A stretch of 32,000 nucleotides of DNA. Source: Erysipelotrichaceae bacterium MTC7 (GTDB taxonomy: Bacteria; Bacillota_I; Bacilli_A; Erysipelotrichales; Erysipelotrichaceae). The notes beneath the pieces were generated by a model that had not been told where the DNA came from, made no database searches, and saw nothing but the letters and a program-made list of their open reading frames with translations. The stretch lies in the NCBI GenBank assembly GCA_001695645.1, contig LVZN01000005.1:1-32000 (forward strand). The letters are read 5' to 3'. A program made the position numbers and the translations under genes. Of the stretch, positions 1-9,066 are shown piece after piece. Numbering within the stretch: the stretch's first letter is position 1; each line of letters opens with the position of its first letter.

Positions 1-72
1 GCTGATACAATATCAAGTACACTCTGTTTCCACGAAGCTCACACTTCAAATCGTTAGATTAAGTGGGGGTAG

Positions 73-219
73 TTCACTCCTAGAGCTTACCAAGCATACA
101 AAAAAGCAGGCTTCAAAGAAGAAGGTGTTCTACGCGATGCCATCATGGATGGAGAAGATTATGCTGATGATATTCTCATGTCGATACTTGAAAGTGAATG
201 GCGTGAATTCGTGAAATAA
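73..219 (+). pseudogene. C-terminal remnant of a GNAT-family N-acetyltransferase (no start codon; in-frame stops just upstream)
   Basis: Stop-free frame 73-216 reads FTPRAYQAYKKAGFKEEGVLRDAIMDGEDYADDILMSILESEWREFVK, a typical RimJ/RimL-like GNAT C terminus. The same frame has TAG at 55-57 and 70-72, and there is no Met before AIMDG. The other two frames are not GNAT-like. The window edge limits judgement. Confidence 0.35.
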
Positions 220-245
220 GACACGTGTTACTTTAGTAACAAATA

Positions 246-254
246 TGCTATGAT
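246..254 (+). promoter_or_regulatory. Extended -10 promoter element (TGcTATGAT) for the Zn-ribbon gene
   Basis: TGcTATGAT lies 24 nt upstream of ATG 278. The perfect inverted repeat GTTACT-tt-AGTAAC (227-240) overlaps the -35 region and looks like an operator. Confidence 0.35.
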
Positions 255-277
255 AAAGCCAACACAGGAGGGTTATT

Positions 278-490
278 ATGGAACAAAAACAATACGTGTG
301 TCCAAAGTGTGGAAATCAACATTACGAAAGTGATCAATTCCAAGCAACTGGTGGAAACTTTGCGAAAATATTCGATGTACAAAACAAGAAATTTATTACG
401 GTGTCTTGTACGAATTGCGGATTCACCGAGTTATTTAAAGGACAAACCAGTGATGGTTGGAACATTCTAGACTTTTTGATAGGAAACTAA
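278..490 (+). CDS. Small zinc-ribbon protein (two CxxC pairs; Zn_ribbon/DUF2082-like)
   Basis: 70-aa ORF with RBS AGGAGGG 6 nt upstream. It has CPKCG...CTNCG motifs and the conserved TGGNFAKIFDVQNKKF core seen in this small family. Confidence 0.8.
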   Translation: MEQKQYVCPKCGNQHYESDQFQATGGNFAKIFDVQNKKFITVSCTNCGFTELFKGQTSDGWNILDFLIGN

Positions 491-509
491 TTCCTATCTT
501 TTTTCTTTT
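478..509 (+). terminator. Intrinsic terminator of the Zn-ribbon gene
   Basis: GATAGGAA (478-485) pairs with TTCCTATC (491-498) around a 5-nt loop, followed by TTTTTTCTTTTT. The hairpin spans the stop codon. Confidence 0.7.
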
Positions 510-828
510 TACGATATACGATATAGGTAACGTACTTACTTAAAGCAAGAAAAACTAAAATCAACATAGTGCATGTTGTGTACCATGAATGTATGTGAAT
601 GAGTTGCAGTATTTGATAGATCAACATGAGAAATACGACTTCTAAGAAAATAAACAATAGACTGAGTATCGATACTCTGGATGTTTTAAATATCGCATGG
701 ATTGTCGTGTCAAAACTTTGGTTCTTGAAGAAACACCAATGTAAAAGATACAAAAGTGCTACGACAAATAAGGCGTACAGTGTTGTATATACAAGAAGTG
801 AAGTGATGCAAATGATAAGTTCTTTCAT
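487..828 (-). CDS. Hypothetical small membrane protein (about 3 TM segments, Lys-rich C terminus)
   Basis: The ORF-track entry is 487..852. Three hydrophobic stretches are present. I prefer ATG 828 (MKELIICITS...) because TGtTATAAT lies 6 nt upstream; ATG 852 is the alternative. No SD precedes either start. The C-terminal KKKK is encoded by the complement of the neighbouring terminator T-tract. No homology recognised. Confidence 0.4.
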   Translation of the reverse strand: MKELIICITSLLVYTTLYALFVVALLYLLHWCFFKNQSFDTTIHAIFKTSRVSILSLLFIFLEVVFLMLIYQILQLIHIHSWYTTCTMLILVFLALSKYVTYIVYRKKKKDRN

Positions 829-834
829 GAACGT

Positions 835-843
835 ATTATAACA
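835..843 (-). promoter_or_regulatory. Extended -10 (TGtTATAAT) 6 nt upstream of ATG 828
   Basis: The minus strand reads caTGtTATAATacgttcATG. Confidence 0.35.
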
Positions 844-897
844 TGAAGCCAAAAAGTCCAGAAAGCGTGTATTATAGTACCGCTGCTTGTCTTAGAG

Positions 898-926
898 TTG
901 TAACTACAACATATTCCATGTAAAAT
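898..926 (+). promoter_or_regulatory. Sigma-A-type promoter of glgB-glgP
   Basis: TTGTAA (898-903), 17-nt spacer, TAAAAT (921-926), about 20 nt before the glgB RBS. Confidence 0.5.
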
Positions 927-946
927 GTTAGGTAGGAGAATTGCAT

Positions 947-2803
947 ATGAAACAGAGAACAATTAATGCTTTTTTTGAGGGACAATCGATAGATGCATAC
1001 AACACATTTGGTGCGCATGCGTGCTTTGAACAAACCCATGGGGTGCGTTTTACCGTGTATGCACCAAATGCACAAAACATCCAAGTCATTGGTCAGTTTA
1101 ACGACTGGAATGGTGATGGTTACGACTTACATAAAGTTGATGATCGTGGCGTATGGTCACTATTTGTCGCTGACGTTGAAGTTGGTATGGCTTACAAATA
1201 TAGAGTTACACAAGCGCATGGTGAAGTGGTTGATAAAATGGATCCATTTGCTTTTTATAGTGAATTACGTCCAGAAACGGCATCTGTCATTGCTGATGTG
1301 GAGTTTGCTTGGAGTGATGAAGCTTGGTTGGATTCACGCACTCGAAACTTTAAGCAACCGATGAATATTTATGAAATTTACTTAGGTGCTTGGAAGTTTG
1401 ATAAAAACGGTGGTGTGAACTATCGCAAAATCGCCAAAGAATTGATCCGTTATGTTAAAAAGATGCACTATACCCATGTGGAATTCATGCCGTTAAGTGA
1501 ATATCCATTTGATGGAAGTTGGGGGTATCAAACTTCAGGTTACTTTGCTGCAAATTCTCGTTATGGAACAGTAAAAGATTTAAAGTATTTAATCAATGAA
1601 TTGCATAAACATGACATCGGAGTTATCTTTGATTTTGTTCCAGTGCACTTCGTGATGGATAATTATGCTTTGCGTAAGTTTGATGGTACCAATGTTTATG
1701 AATATCAAGATGATAGCATCGCCATCAGTGAATGGGGAACGGCAAACTTTGATTTACACAAAGAAGAAGTTCGTTCATTTTTGATGAGTGCAGCTGCTTA
1801 CTGGATTAAAGAAATCCATGGAGATGGGTTGCGTATGGATGCAATAAGTAATGTTATCTTTTGGCAAGGGAATAAAGACCGTGGTGTGAATGAAGGGGCA
1901 TTAACCTTTGTTCGTCGGATGAATTTCCTATTGCATAAAAACTTCAAAGACGTGATGTTGATTGCTGAAGATTCTAGTGATTTTCCAAATGTCACAAAAC
2001 CGATTGAACAAAATGGGTTAGGTTTTGATTATAAATGGGATTTGGGTTGGATGAACGACACGTTAAACTACCTAAAAGCAGATCCGATTTATCGTCAGTA
2101 TGAACACAACAAGATTACCTTCTCCATGGCGTATTTCTATAGTGAGAATTTCATTTTACCATTCTCACATGATGAAGTGGTTCATGGAAAAGCGACCATT
2201 GTCCAAAAGATGTGGGGCTTGTATGAAGATAAGTTTGCACAAGCAAGAATGCTTTATACCTACATGTTCACACACCCTGGAAAGAAGTTAAACTTCATGG
2301 GAAATGAAATTGCACATATGCGTGAATTTGATGAACATCAAGAAAACGATTGGTTCTTATTGGATTATCCAATGCACGATTCGTTTCAAACATTTATCAA
2401 AGACCTGCAAAAAATCTATAAAAAAGAAGCAGCACTTTGGGAAGATGATTATAACTTTGAAACGTTTGAATGGATTGATGCAGATAATGCAAATGAGAAT
2501 TTATATTCATATATGCGTAAAGGAAGTAGTGAAACAATTGTTGTAATCTTAAATATGTCGACAAATACATATAAACAACATCAATTTGGTGTCTATGAAC
2601 AAGGCGTTTATACCGAAATACTAAATAGTCAAAAAGATATTTATTCGGGTATGAATCTAATTAATCCAAAACCGTTGCGTGCAAAAAAAGGCTTTGTAGA
2701 CTACAAGCCTTACTACATCACCATGGATGTAGCACCATTTAGTGGGATAATTTTACGTCATAAAAATAAACCCCAAAAAAAGGCAAAAGATTTTATTGAA
2801 TAA
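947..2803 (+). CDS. glgB: 1,4-alpha-glucan branching enzyme
   Basis: GH13 catalytic motifs DFVPVHF, GLRMDA, IAEDSS and FSHDEVVHGK are present. RBS GGTAGGAGA lies 7 nt before ATG 947. The TTG at 941 in the ORF track was not used. Confidence 0.93.
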   Translation: MKQRTINAFFEGQSIDAYNTFGAHACFEQTHGVRFTVYAPNAQNIQVIGQFNDWNGDGYDLHKVDDRGVWSLFVADVEVGMAYKYRVTQAHGEVVDKMDPFAFYSELRPETASVIADVEFAWSDEAWLDSRTRNFKQPMNIYEIYLGAWKFDKNGGVNYRKIAKELIRYVKKMHYTHVEFMPLSEYPFDGSWGYQTSGYFAANSRYGTVKDLKYLINELHKHDIGVIFDFVPVHFVMDNYALRKFDGTNVYEYQDDSIAISEWGTANFDLHKEEVRSFLMSAAAYWIKEIHGDGLRMDAISNVIFWQGNKDRGVNEGALTFVRRMNFLLHKNFKDVMLIAEDSSDFPNVTKPIEQNGLGFDYKWDLGWMNDTLNYLKADPIYRQYEHNKITFSMAYFYSENFILPFSHDEVVHGKATIVQKMWGLYEDKFAQARMLYTYMFTHPGKKLNFMGNEIAHMREFDEHQENDWFLLDYPMHDSFQTFIKDLQKIYKKEAALWEDDYNFETFEWIDADNANENLYSYMRKGSSETIVVILNMSTNTYKQHQFGVYEQGVYTEILNSQKDIYSGMNLINPKPLRAKKGFVDYKPYYITMDVAPFSGIILRHKNKPQKKAKDFIE

Positions 2804-2819
2804 AAGAAAGTGGGATAGC

Positions 2820-5219
2820 ATGATATTAGATTTTACAAAAGAAACTTTTATGGAGGAATATGCCAATAAAATGATCGAACTCTATGGAGTGAGCGTTGAA
2901 GAGGCACACATCACGGAAAAGTATCTCGTATTAGGGGAAGTGATTCGTGAGTACATTAGTAACTCATGGAAAGAAAGTAAAGAAGCAAACCGTTTGTACC
3001 AAAAGAAAGAAGTATATTACTTCTCGATGGAATTTTTAATGGGTCGTTTATTCACAAATAACTTAATGAATTTAGGGATATACGACGCGGTTAAAGATGG
3101 ATTAGAAGCCTATGGAATTGATATCAATACGGTAGAAGAATTAGAAAGTGATGCTGGACTTGGAAATGGTGGTCTTGGAAGATTGGCTGCTTGTTTCTTA
3201 GATTCGATTGCATCGACACACTATATTGGACATGGAAACTGTATTCGTTATGAATATGGATTCTTTAAACAATTAATTCACGACAACAAACAAGTAGAAG
3301 TACCGGATTTATGGTTGAAGCTTGGAAACATTTGGGAAGTAAAAAAACCAAAACATACCGTAAAAGTGCGTTTTGGTGGAACCGTTCGACAAAGTGTTGA
3401 CCACAATGGAAAAGTCAAAGTCGACTTGGAAGATGCGTATGTGGTAAATGCTGTACCTTATGATGTACCGGTGGTTGGGTATGATACCAAATTAACCAAC
3501 ACGTTGCGTTTATGGTCAGCTGAACCATCAGAAGAAACATTAGAACGAGGACATGAAGACTATATTCAACAAGTACGTTCCATTTGTAATAGTTTGTATC
3601 CAGATGACTCAACAGAAGAAGGGAAAATGTTACGAATTCGTCAACAATACTTCTTTGTCAGTGCAGGATTGCATACGATTATCCGCAACCATTTAAAGAA
3701 CCATCCAAATTTGGATAGTTTACCAGATAAGGTTGCAGTACAATTAAACGATACACACCCCGTGTTAGCCATTCCTGAATTGATGCGTCTACTTTTAGAT
3801 GATTACAATTATGAATGGGATCAAGCATGGGATATTGTGACACGTACGATGGCCTATACAAATCACACGGTGTTGAGTGAAGCGTTGGAACGCTGGCCAA
3901 TGGAATACATTCGAAAATTATTACCAAGAGTCTACATGATCATTGAAGAAATTGAGCGTCGTTGGACGTACGATTTATCACATCGATATGGAAAGCCACA
4001 ATTGGTCGATTCTTGTCGCATCTTAAAAGATGGACAAGTGCATATGGCACATCTTGCCATTGTTGGATCTATGAGTATTAATGGAGTTGCAGCACTACAT
4101 TCACAGATTTTAAAAGATGACGTGTTTAAAAACTTCTATGAAGTATTCCCAGAAAAATTCAATAATAAAACCAATGGAGTTACACATCGTCGTTGGTTGA
4201 TGTATTCCAATCCAGAACTTACAAGGTTGCTGGATGAAATCATTGGTACATCATGGAAATTGCAACCAAGTGATTTATCTAAACTTAACGAGTATGTCGT
4301 TGACGCAGAAATTCAAGAAAGTTTCCTTCGTGTCAAAAAACGCAGAAAAGAAATTCTTGCAAAATACATCAAAGACGTTTGCCATGTTGAAGTGGATGTA
4401 AATTCAATATTTGATGTGCAAGCAAAACGATTACACGCGTATAAACGACAATTGATGAATGTACTACACATTATGTATTTATATAACAAGTTAAAAGAAG
4501 ATAAAGACTTTACGATGTATCCACGTACATTTATCTTTGCGGCAAAAGCGGCTCCATCCTATGTGTTTGCCAAGAAAGTGATTGAACTTATCAATAACTT
4601 AGCTGAAAAAGTAAATGGGGATCCAGATGTATCGCGTTATATGAAAGTGGTCTTTATTCCAAACTATGGAGTCAGCATTGCTGAAATCTTAATGAATGCT
4701 GCAGATGTAAGTGAACAAATTTCAACTGCTGGTAAAGAGGCAAGTGGAACTGGAAATGTGAAGTTCATGATGAATGGAGCCATTACCTTAGGAACTTTAG
4801 ATGGAGCAAACGTGGAAATTGTGGAACGTGTTGGACATGAATACGCTGAAATCTTTGGCTTAACATCGGAACAAGTCAATCACTTAAAGTTTGAGAACTC
4901 ATACGATGTTTGGCAAGTGTATCACAACGATCCAAACATTAAAAAAGTGATGGAACAATTGTTGGATGCAAATTATTTTGCCAATGGATCAACCTATCGT
5001 GAAATCTTTGATGAAGTGTTAAATAAAAAAGATGAATATCTTGTCTTAAAAGATTTTTGGAGTTATCATGAAGGGCAATTACGGGTGGAAGCACGTTACA
5101 AGGATCGCTCAGCATGGGCCAAGATGTGTTTGATTAATATTGCAAACTCGGGTTACTTCTCTAGTGATCGCACCATCGAAGAATATGCAAATGATATTTG
5201 GCATATTGAAAAATACTAA
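2820..5219 (+). CDS. glgP: Glycogen/maltodextrin phosphorylase
   Basis: GT35 signature with the PLP-lysine region EASGTGNVKFMMNGA, plus LGNGGLGRLAACFLDS. ATG 2820 follows the glgB stop (2801-2803) by 16 nt. The ORF-track TTG 2796 would overlap glgB. Confidence 0.93.
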   Translation: MILDFTKETFMEEYANKMIELYGVSVEEAHITEKYLVLGEVIREYISNSWKESKEANRLYQKKEVYYFSMEFLMGRLFTNNLMNLGIYDAVKDGLEAYGIDINTVEELESDAGLGNGGLGRLAACFLDSIASTHYIGHGNCIRYEYGFFKQLIHDNKQVEVPDLWLKLGNIWEVKKPKHTVKVRFGGTVRQSVDHNGKVKVDLEDAYVVNAVPYDVPVVGYDTKLTNTLRLWSAEPSEETLERGHEDYIQQVRSICNSLYPDDSTEEGKMLRIRQQYFFVSAGLHTIIRNHLKNHPNLDSLPDKVAVQLNDTHPVLAIPELMRLLLDDYNYEWDQAWDIVTRTMAYTNHTVLSEALERWPMEYIRKLLPRVYMIIEEIERRWTYDLSHRYGKPQLVDSCRILKDGQVHMAHLAIVGSMSINGVAALHSQILKDDVFKNFYEVFPEKFNNKTNGVTHRRWLMYSNPELTRLLDEIIGTSWKLQPSDLSKLNEYVVDAEIQESFLRVKKRRKEILAKYIKDVCHVEVDVNSIFDVQAKRLHAYKRQLMNVLHIMYLYNKLKEDKDFTMYPRTFIFAAKAAPSYVFAKKVIELINNLAEKVNGDPDVSRYMKVVFIPNYGVSIAEILMNAADVSEQISTAGKEASGTGNVKFMMNGAITLGTLDGANVEIVERVGHEYAEIFGLTSEQVNHLKFENSYDVWQVYHNDPNIKKVMEQLLDANYFANGSTYREIFDEVLNKKDEYLVLKDFWSYHEGQLRVEARYKDRSAWAKMCLINIANSGYFSSDRTIEEYANDIWHIEKY

Positions 5220-5223
5220 TGGT

Positions 5224-5248
5224 AAAGGAAGCGCAAGCTTCCTTTTTT
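5224..5248 (+). terminator. Intrinsic terminator after glgP
   Basis: AAAGGAAGC pairs with GCTTCCTTT around a GCAA loop, followed by a T-run. Confidence 0.85.
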
Positions 5249-5267
5249 AAGTTTTGAAGGTTTCAGT

Positions 5268-5296
5268 TTTACATTGATTCCATGCTGATGTAGAAT
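5268..5296 (+). promoter_or_regulatory. Sigma-A-type promoter of msrAB, positioned for a leaderless transcript
   Basis: TTTACA (5268-5273), 17-nt spacer, TAGAAT (5291-5296), then 6 nt (attatt) and ATG 5303. No SD is present. Confidence 0.5.
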
Positions 5297-5302
5297 ATTA
5301 TT

Positions 5303-6238
5303 ATGAAAGAAATTTATGTAGCAGGCGGATGCTTTTGGGGAACTGAAAAATACTTTGAGGAAATTGAAGGAGTTATAAAAACAGATGTTGGATATGCCAA
5401 TGGAAAGACAGAAAATCCAACCTATGAAGATGTTTGTCACAACGATACAGGACATGCAGAAACCGTCCACATCATTTATGATGAAACGGTGGTTTCCTTA
5501 CCGTTTATTTTGGATATGTATTTTGCGATTATCGATCCTACTAGCATCAACAAACAAGGAAATGATGTCGGTAGCCAGTACCGTACAGGTATTTATTATG
5601 TCGATGATGGTGATGCAGCGACTATCAATTACGCCATTCAAAATCTTCAAAAAGCGTACGATAAGCCCATTGTTATTGAAGTTCAACCGTTAAAGAATTA
5701 TTATCCAGCCGAGGCGTACCATCAAAAATACTTAGACAAAAATCCAACTGGTTATTGTCATATCAATCCGATTCATTTTGCGAAAGCAAAAAGTGCCAAA
5801 GATCCAATGAAAAAGGATTTAAAGAAACGCTTAAGTGCTTTACAATACGAAGTGACACAATTAAATGCAACGGAACCAGCATACGACAATGAATACTATG
5901 ATAACTTTGAACCTGGTATTTATGTGGACATTGTAAGTGGGGAACCGTTGTTTGTGTCTACAGATAAATTTGAATCGGGTTGTGGATGGCCAAGTTTTTC
6001 AAAACCAATCGATATGAAAATGGTCAGTCAACATCGTGATCAAAGCCACGGCATGGAACGAATTGAAGTTCGCTCCAAACAAGCGAATTCACACTTAGGT
6101 CACGTCTTTAACGATGGACCAAAAGATAAAGGTGGGATGCGCTTTTGCATCAACAGTGCGTCTTTGAAATTCATTCCATTAGCGAAAATGGCGGAAGAAG
6201 GTTATAAAGATTTGATTTCCTTAGTACAGGAATCGTAA
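5303..6238 (+). CDS. msrAB: Bifunctional peptide-methionine sulfoxide reductase MsrA/MsrB fusion
   Basis: The N-terminal half carries GCFWG (MsrA active site). The C-terminal half carries GCGWPSF and RFCINS (MsrB). Confidence 0.93.
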   Translation: MKEIYVAGGCFWGTEKYFEEIEGVIKTDVGYANGKTENPTYEDVCHNDTGHAETVHIIYDETVVSLPFILDMYFAIIDPTSINKQGNDVGSQYRTGIYYVDDGDAATINYAIQNLQKAYDKPIVIEVQPLKNYYPAEAYHQKYLDKNPTGYCHINPIHFAKAKSAKDPMKKDLKKRLSALQYEVTQLNATEPAYDNEYYDNFEPGIYVDIVSGEPLFVSTDKFESGCGWPSFSKPIDMKMVSQHRDQSHGMERIEVRSKQANSHLGHVFNDGPKDKGGMRFCINSASLKFIPLAKMAEEGYKDLISLVQES

Positions 6239-6244
6239 GAATTT

Positions 6245-6275
6245 TGGTGTATCTTTAGATAGATGCACCATTTTT
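6245..6275 (+). terminator. Intrinsic terminator after msrAB
   Basis: TGGTGTATC (6245-6253) pairs with GATGCACCA (6262-6270): 9 bp including one G-U, 8-nt loop, followed by TTTTT. Confidence 0.7.
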
Positions 6276-6283
6276 GGTATAAT
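6275..6283 (+). promoter_or_regulatory. Extended -10 (TGgTATAAT) for the HAD-ispD operon
   Basis: It lies directly after the msrAB terminator. The SD GGTGAGG and ATG 6304 follow within 21 nt. Confidence 0.45.
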
Positions 6284-6303
6284 AGACAGGTGAGGTATAA
6301 ATT

Positions 6304-7143
6304 ATGAAAAAACCAGTAATTGCGTTTATGTATGATTTTGATAAAACGCTTTGTACAAAAGATATGCAAGAATACAGTTTTATTCCAGGGCTTGGAATGG
6401 ATGCTTCAACTTTTTGGCAAGAAGTTACAAAAATAGCTGAAGAAGAAGGAATGGACCGCATCATTTCGTATATGTACTATATGATCCATGCAGCAAAAGC
6501 CAAACGCATGCCTGTACGTCGCTTGGACTTTGTGGAAAAAGGAAAAAACGTCGAATTGTTTGCCGGTGTTGATACATGGTTTAAACGAATGAACGAAGTT
6601 GGTGAAAAACTAGGTTTAGAGATTGAACACTACATCATTTCAAGTGGTCTAACAGAAATTATCGAAGGAACAAGTATTTATAATGAATTTAAAAAGATTT
6701 ATGCTTGTGAGTTTCACTATGATGAAAACGGAGTAGCTGATTGGCCTGCCTTAACGGTAAACTACACAAATAAGACGCAATTTCTATTTCGCATCAACAA
6801 GGGTGTCTTAGAAATGAATAAAGATGAACAACTCAATGAATACTTGGAAGATCGTAACCGACGCATTCCGTTTCGAAATATGATTTACATTGGTGATGGA
6901 TTAACGGATGTACCATGTATGAAGTTGGTGAAAACTAACGGTGGACAAAGCATTGCAGTTTACCAACAAAAAGAAAAGGTGGTGGACTTATTGCAACACC
7001 GTCGTGTGGATTTCATAAGTCCTGCAGATTATAGTGAAGGTAGCCACATGGAAAAACTATGTACGACCATTTTAGAAAAAATGGCATTGGTCAATACATT
7101 GGTGGATTTAAATCACCAACAACGAGATGAGGAAAACCAATAA
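6304..7143 (+). CDS. HAD-superfamily hydrolase (type IB-like)
   Basis: Motif I is DFDKT and motif IV is GDGLTD. The stop overlaps the ispD start (TAATG), suggesting translational coupling. Confidence 0.75.
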   Translation: MKKPVIAFMYDFDKTLCTKDMQEYSFIPGLGMDASTFWQEVTKIAEEEGMDRIISYMYYMIHAAKAKRMPVRRLDFVEKGKNVELFAGVDTWFKRMNEVGEKLGLEIEHYIISSGLTEIIEGTSIYNEFKKIYACEFHYDENGVADWPALTVNYTNKTQFLFRINKGVLEMNKDEQLNEYLEDRNRRIPFRNMIYIGDGLTDVPCMKLVKTNGGQSIAVYQQKEKVVDLLQHRRVDFISPADYSEGSHMEKLCTTILEKMALVNTLVDLNHQQRDEENQ

Positions 7144-7784
7144 TGGAATATAGTGCGATTATCGTAGCAGCGGGTAAAGGACAACGGACCGGTCTTGCAT
7201 ACAACAAAGTGTTTCATAAACTTGATGGTCAGGCGATTATCAACTATTCAGTTGATGTTTTTGCCTCAGATGAAGATTGTAAACAGATTATTATTGTGAT
7301 TGCCGAACATGAACAAGAATACTTTACAGCAACGGTTCATGCACATAAGGTCGAATATGCAATTGGTGGTGCGACACGACAAGAAAGTGTGGCAAATGGT
7401 TTACAAAAAGTGAATCAAGATCACGTCATGATTCACGATGGTGCACGACCATTTATTGAGCAATCATTGTTGGATCAAATTAAAGAGACGCTGGATGAAT
7501 ACGATGCTTGTTTACCGATGGTCCCTGTAACAGATACGATCAAACAGGTGGATGCAGAAGGATTTGTTGTACAAACACCAAAACGTGAAGACTATATGGC
7601 AGCCCAAACGCCACAAGCTTTTAGCACAGGACTTATCAAAGATTGCCACCTACTTGCAAAACAAGATGGATTTGTGGGTAGCGATGATGCACAACTAGTA
7701 GAAATATACTGTGCGTGTCCAATTAAAGTAATCTTTGGTTCATATCAAAATAGAAAAATAACAACAACCGAGGATGTCAAGTAA
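7143..7784 (+). CDS. ispD: 2-C-methyl-D-erythritol 4-phosphate cytidylyltransferase
   Basis: N-terminal IIVAAGKGQRTG motif, HDGARPF and AQTPQAF motifs; length 213 aa. Confidence 0.9.
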   Translation: MEYSAIIVAAGKGQRTGLAYNKVFHKLDGQAIINYSVDVFASDEDCKQIIIVIAEHEQEYFTATVHAHKVEYAIGGATRQESVANGLQKVNQDHVMIHDGARPFIEQSLLDQIKETLDEYDACLPMVPVTDTIKQVDAEGFVVQTPKREDYMAAQTPQAFSTGLIKDCHLLAKQDGFVGSDDAQLVEIYCACPIKVIFGSYQNRKITTTEDVK

Positions 7785-7799
7785 AACTTGATAAAACCC

Positions 7800-7828
7800 T
7801 TGTCTTTTAGGGTTCTTAATGCTATTAT
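7800..7828 (+). promoter_or_regulatory. Sigma-A-type promoter of rpsF-ssb-rpsR
   Basis: TTGTCT (7800-7805), 17-nt spacer, TGcTATTAT (-10 at 7823-7828). Confidence 0.5.
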
Positions 7829-7836
7829 TACTTAGC

Positions 7837-7875
7837 GAGTAATTTCGATTACTCCTTGTTATCTTGCAAAAGATA
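7837..7875 (+). promoter_or_regulatory. Structured rpsF 5' UTR (two hairpins); possibly the S6:S18 autoregulatory leader
   Basis: GAGTAAT-ttcg-ATTACTC (7837-7854) and TATCTT-gcaa-AAGATA (7860-7875). A ribosomal-protein leader upstream of rpsF is known in Firmicutes, but I cannot verify the consensus by eye. Confidence 0.3.
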
Positions 7876-7903
7876 GCCAATAGACCAGAAGGAGGTGTAC
7901 AGA

Positions 7904-8197
7904 ATGAGAAAATATGAGATTATGTACATCGTGAACGCGTCACTAGATGACGCTGCTAGAGCACAAGTTATTGAATCAGTTCACAAAACATTAACTGACA
8001 ACGGTGCTACCATCGACAAAATTGACGAATGGGGAAGCAGAGAGTTCGCGTATGAAATCAATCACATGACTAAAGGTTTCTACTATGTAATTAACGTTAC
8101 AGCTGGAAACGAAGCAATTGCTGAGTTCAACCGTTTAACACGCATTAACTCTAATGTAATTCGTTTCTTAGTCGTAAAAACTGATGAAGAGAAATAG
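7904..8197 (+). CDS. rpsF: 30S ribosomal protein S6
   Basis: MRKYEIMYIV... N terminus. RBS GGAGG lies 8 nt before ATG 7904. The ORF-track GTG 7895 was not used. Confidence 0.95.
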   Translation: MRKYEIMYIVNASLDDAARAQVIESVHKTLTDNGATIDKIDEWGSREFAYEINHMTKGFYYVINVTAGNEAIAEFNRLTRINSNVIRFLVVKTDEEK

Positions 8198-8211
8198 GAA
8201 GGGAACAGATT

Positions 8212-8676
8212 ATGAATAAAGTTTTATTAACTGGTAGAATTACCAAAGACCTAGAACTAAGAAAAACACAATCTGGAACTTCAGTAGTGCGTTTTACACT
8301 TGCAGTAAACCGTCGCTTTAAACAAGAAGGTCAACCGGATGCAGACTTTATTTCATGTACAGCATGGGGTAAACAAGCAGACACAATGAGCCAATACTTA
8401 GCGAAAGGTGCATTGATTGGAGTTGAAGGTCGTATTACGACTGGATCTTACCAAGGGCAAGATGGAAAAACTGTTTATACTACAGACGTAACGGTTGAAA
8501 ACTTTGATTTCTTAGAATCAAGAGGAGCAAGTGCACAAACACATGCGCAACCTTATGTTCCGCAAAACCAACCACAAACTGGATTTGCACAAAACGATTT
8601 TAACCAAAATCAATCATCAGTTGCAGACGACTTTGAAAACACATTAGACATTGCAAGTGATGATCTACCATTTTAA
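8212..8676 (+). CDS. ssb: Single-stranded DNA-binding protein
   Basis: OB-fold N terminus (MNKVLLTGRITKDLELR), Gln/Pro-rich linker and acidic DDLPF tip. Confidence 0.95.
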   Translation: MNKVLLTGRITKDLELRKTQSGTSVVRFTLAVNRRFKQEGQPDADFISCTAWGKQADTMSQYLAKGALIGVEGRITTGSYQGQDGKTVYTTDVTVENFDFLESRGASAQTHAQPYVPQNQPQTGFAQNDFNQNQSSVADDFENTLDIASDDLPF

Positions 8677-8692
8677 GTGAAAGGAGTACATC

Positions 8693-8923
8693 ATGGCTTT
8701 TAAAAAACAAAGAGTTGGACGTAAAAAAATCTGTTATTTTACAAAAAACAAAATTGAAACAATCGACTACAAAGATGTTGAATTGTTAAGACGCTTTATT
8801 TCAGCTAACGGGAAAATTATTCCTAGACGTGTTACTGGAACAAAAGCTAAATACCAAAGAATGTTGGCTACTGCAATTAAACGTGCACGTCAAATGGCTT
8901 TACTACCTTACGTAGAAGATTAA
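8693..8923 (+). CDS. rpsR: 30S ribosomal protein S18
   Basis: 76 aa with the [12 protein letters not shown]...[10 protein letters not shown] signature. RBS AAGGAG is present. Confidence 0.95.
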   Translation: MAFKKQRVGRKKICYFTKNKIETIDYKDVELLRRFISANGKIIPRRVTGTKAKYQRMLATAIKRARQMALLPYVED

Positions 8924-8938
8924 TCAATAATTATCGAA

Positions 8939-8972
8939 ATAGCACCGTTGAATATAACGATGCTATTTTTTT
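8939..8972 (+). terminator. Intrinsic terminator after rpsR
   Basis: ATAGCACCGTT pairs with AACGATGCTAT (one mismatch), 6-nt loop, T6. Confidence 0.8.
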
Positions 8973-9057
8973 GTATTCACTTGTGAAAATTTGATTTTTC
9001 CAAAGTTTACACATAAATAGACAAAATTAGAGAAAAGCAAGATTTATAAAATTGCTA

Positions 9058-9066
9058 TGTTATATT
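9058..9066 (+). promoter_or_regulatory. Extended -10 (TGtTATATT) for surface protein 1
   Basis: It is the only good -10 between the rpsR terminator and ATG 9138 and implies a 5' UTR of about 65 nt. Confidence 0.35.

Noticed and set aside
626-841. Plus-strand 71-aa ORF antisense to the small membrane protein.
   Set aside because: It has no RBS and its composition is not protein-like. The opposite strand gives a coherent multi-TM protein, although that call is itself only moderate.
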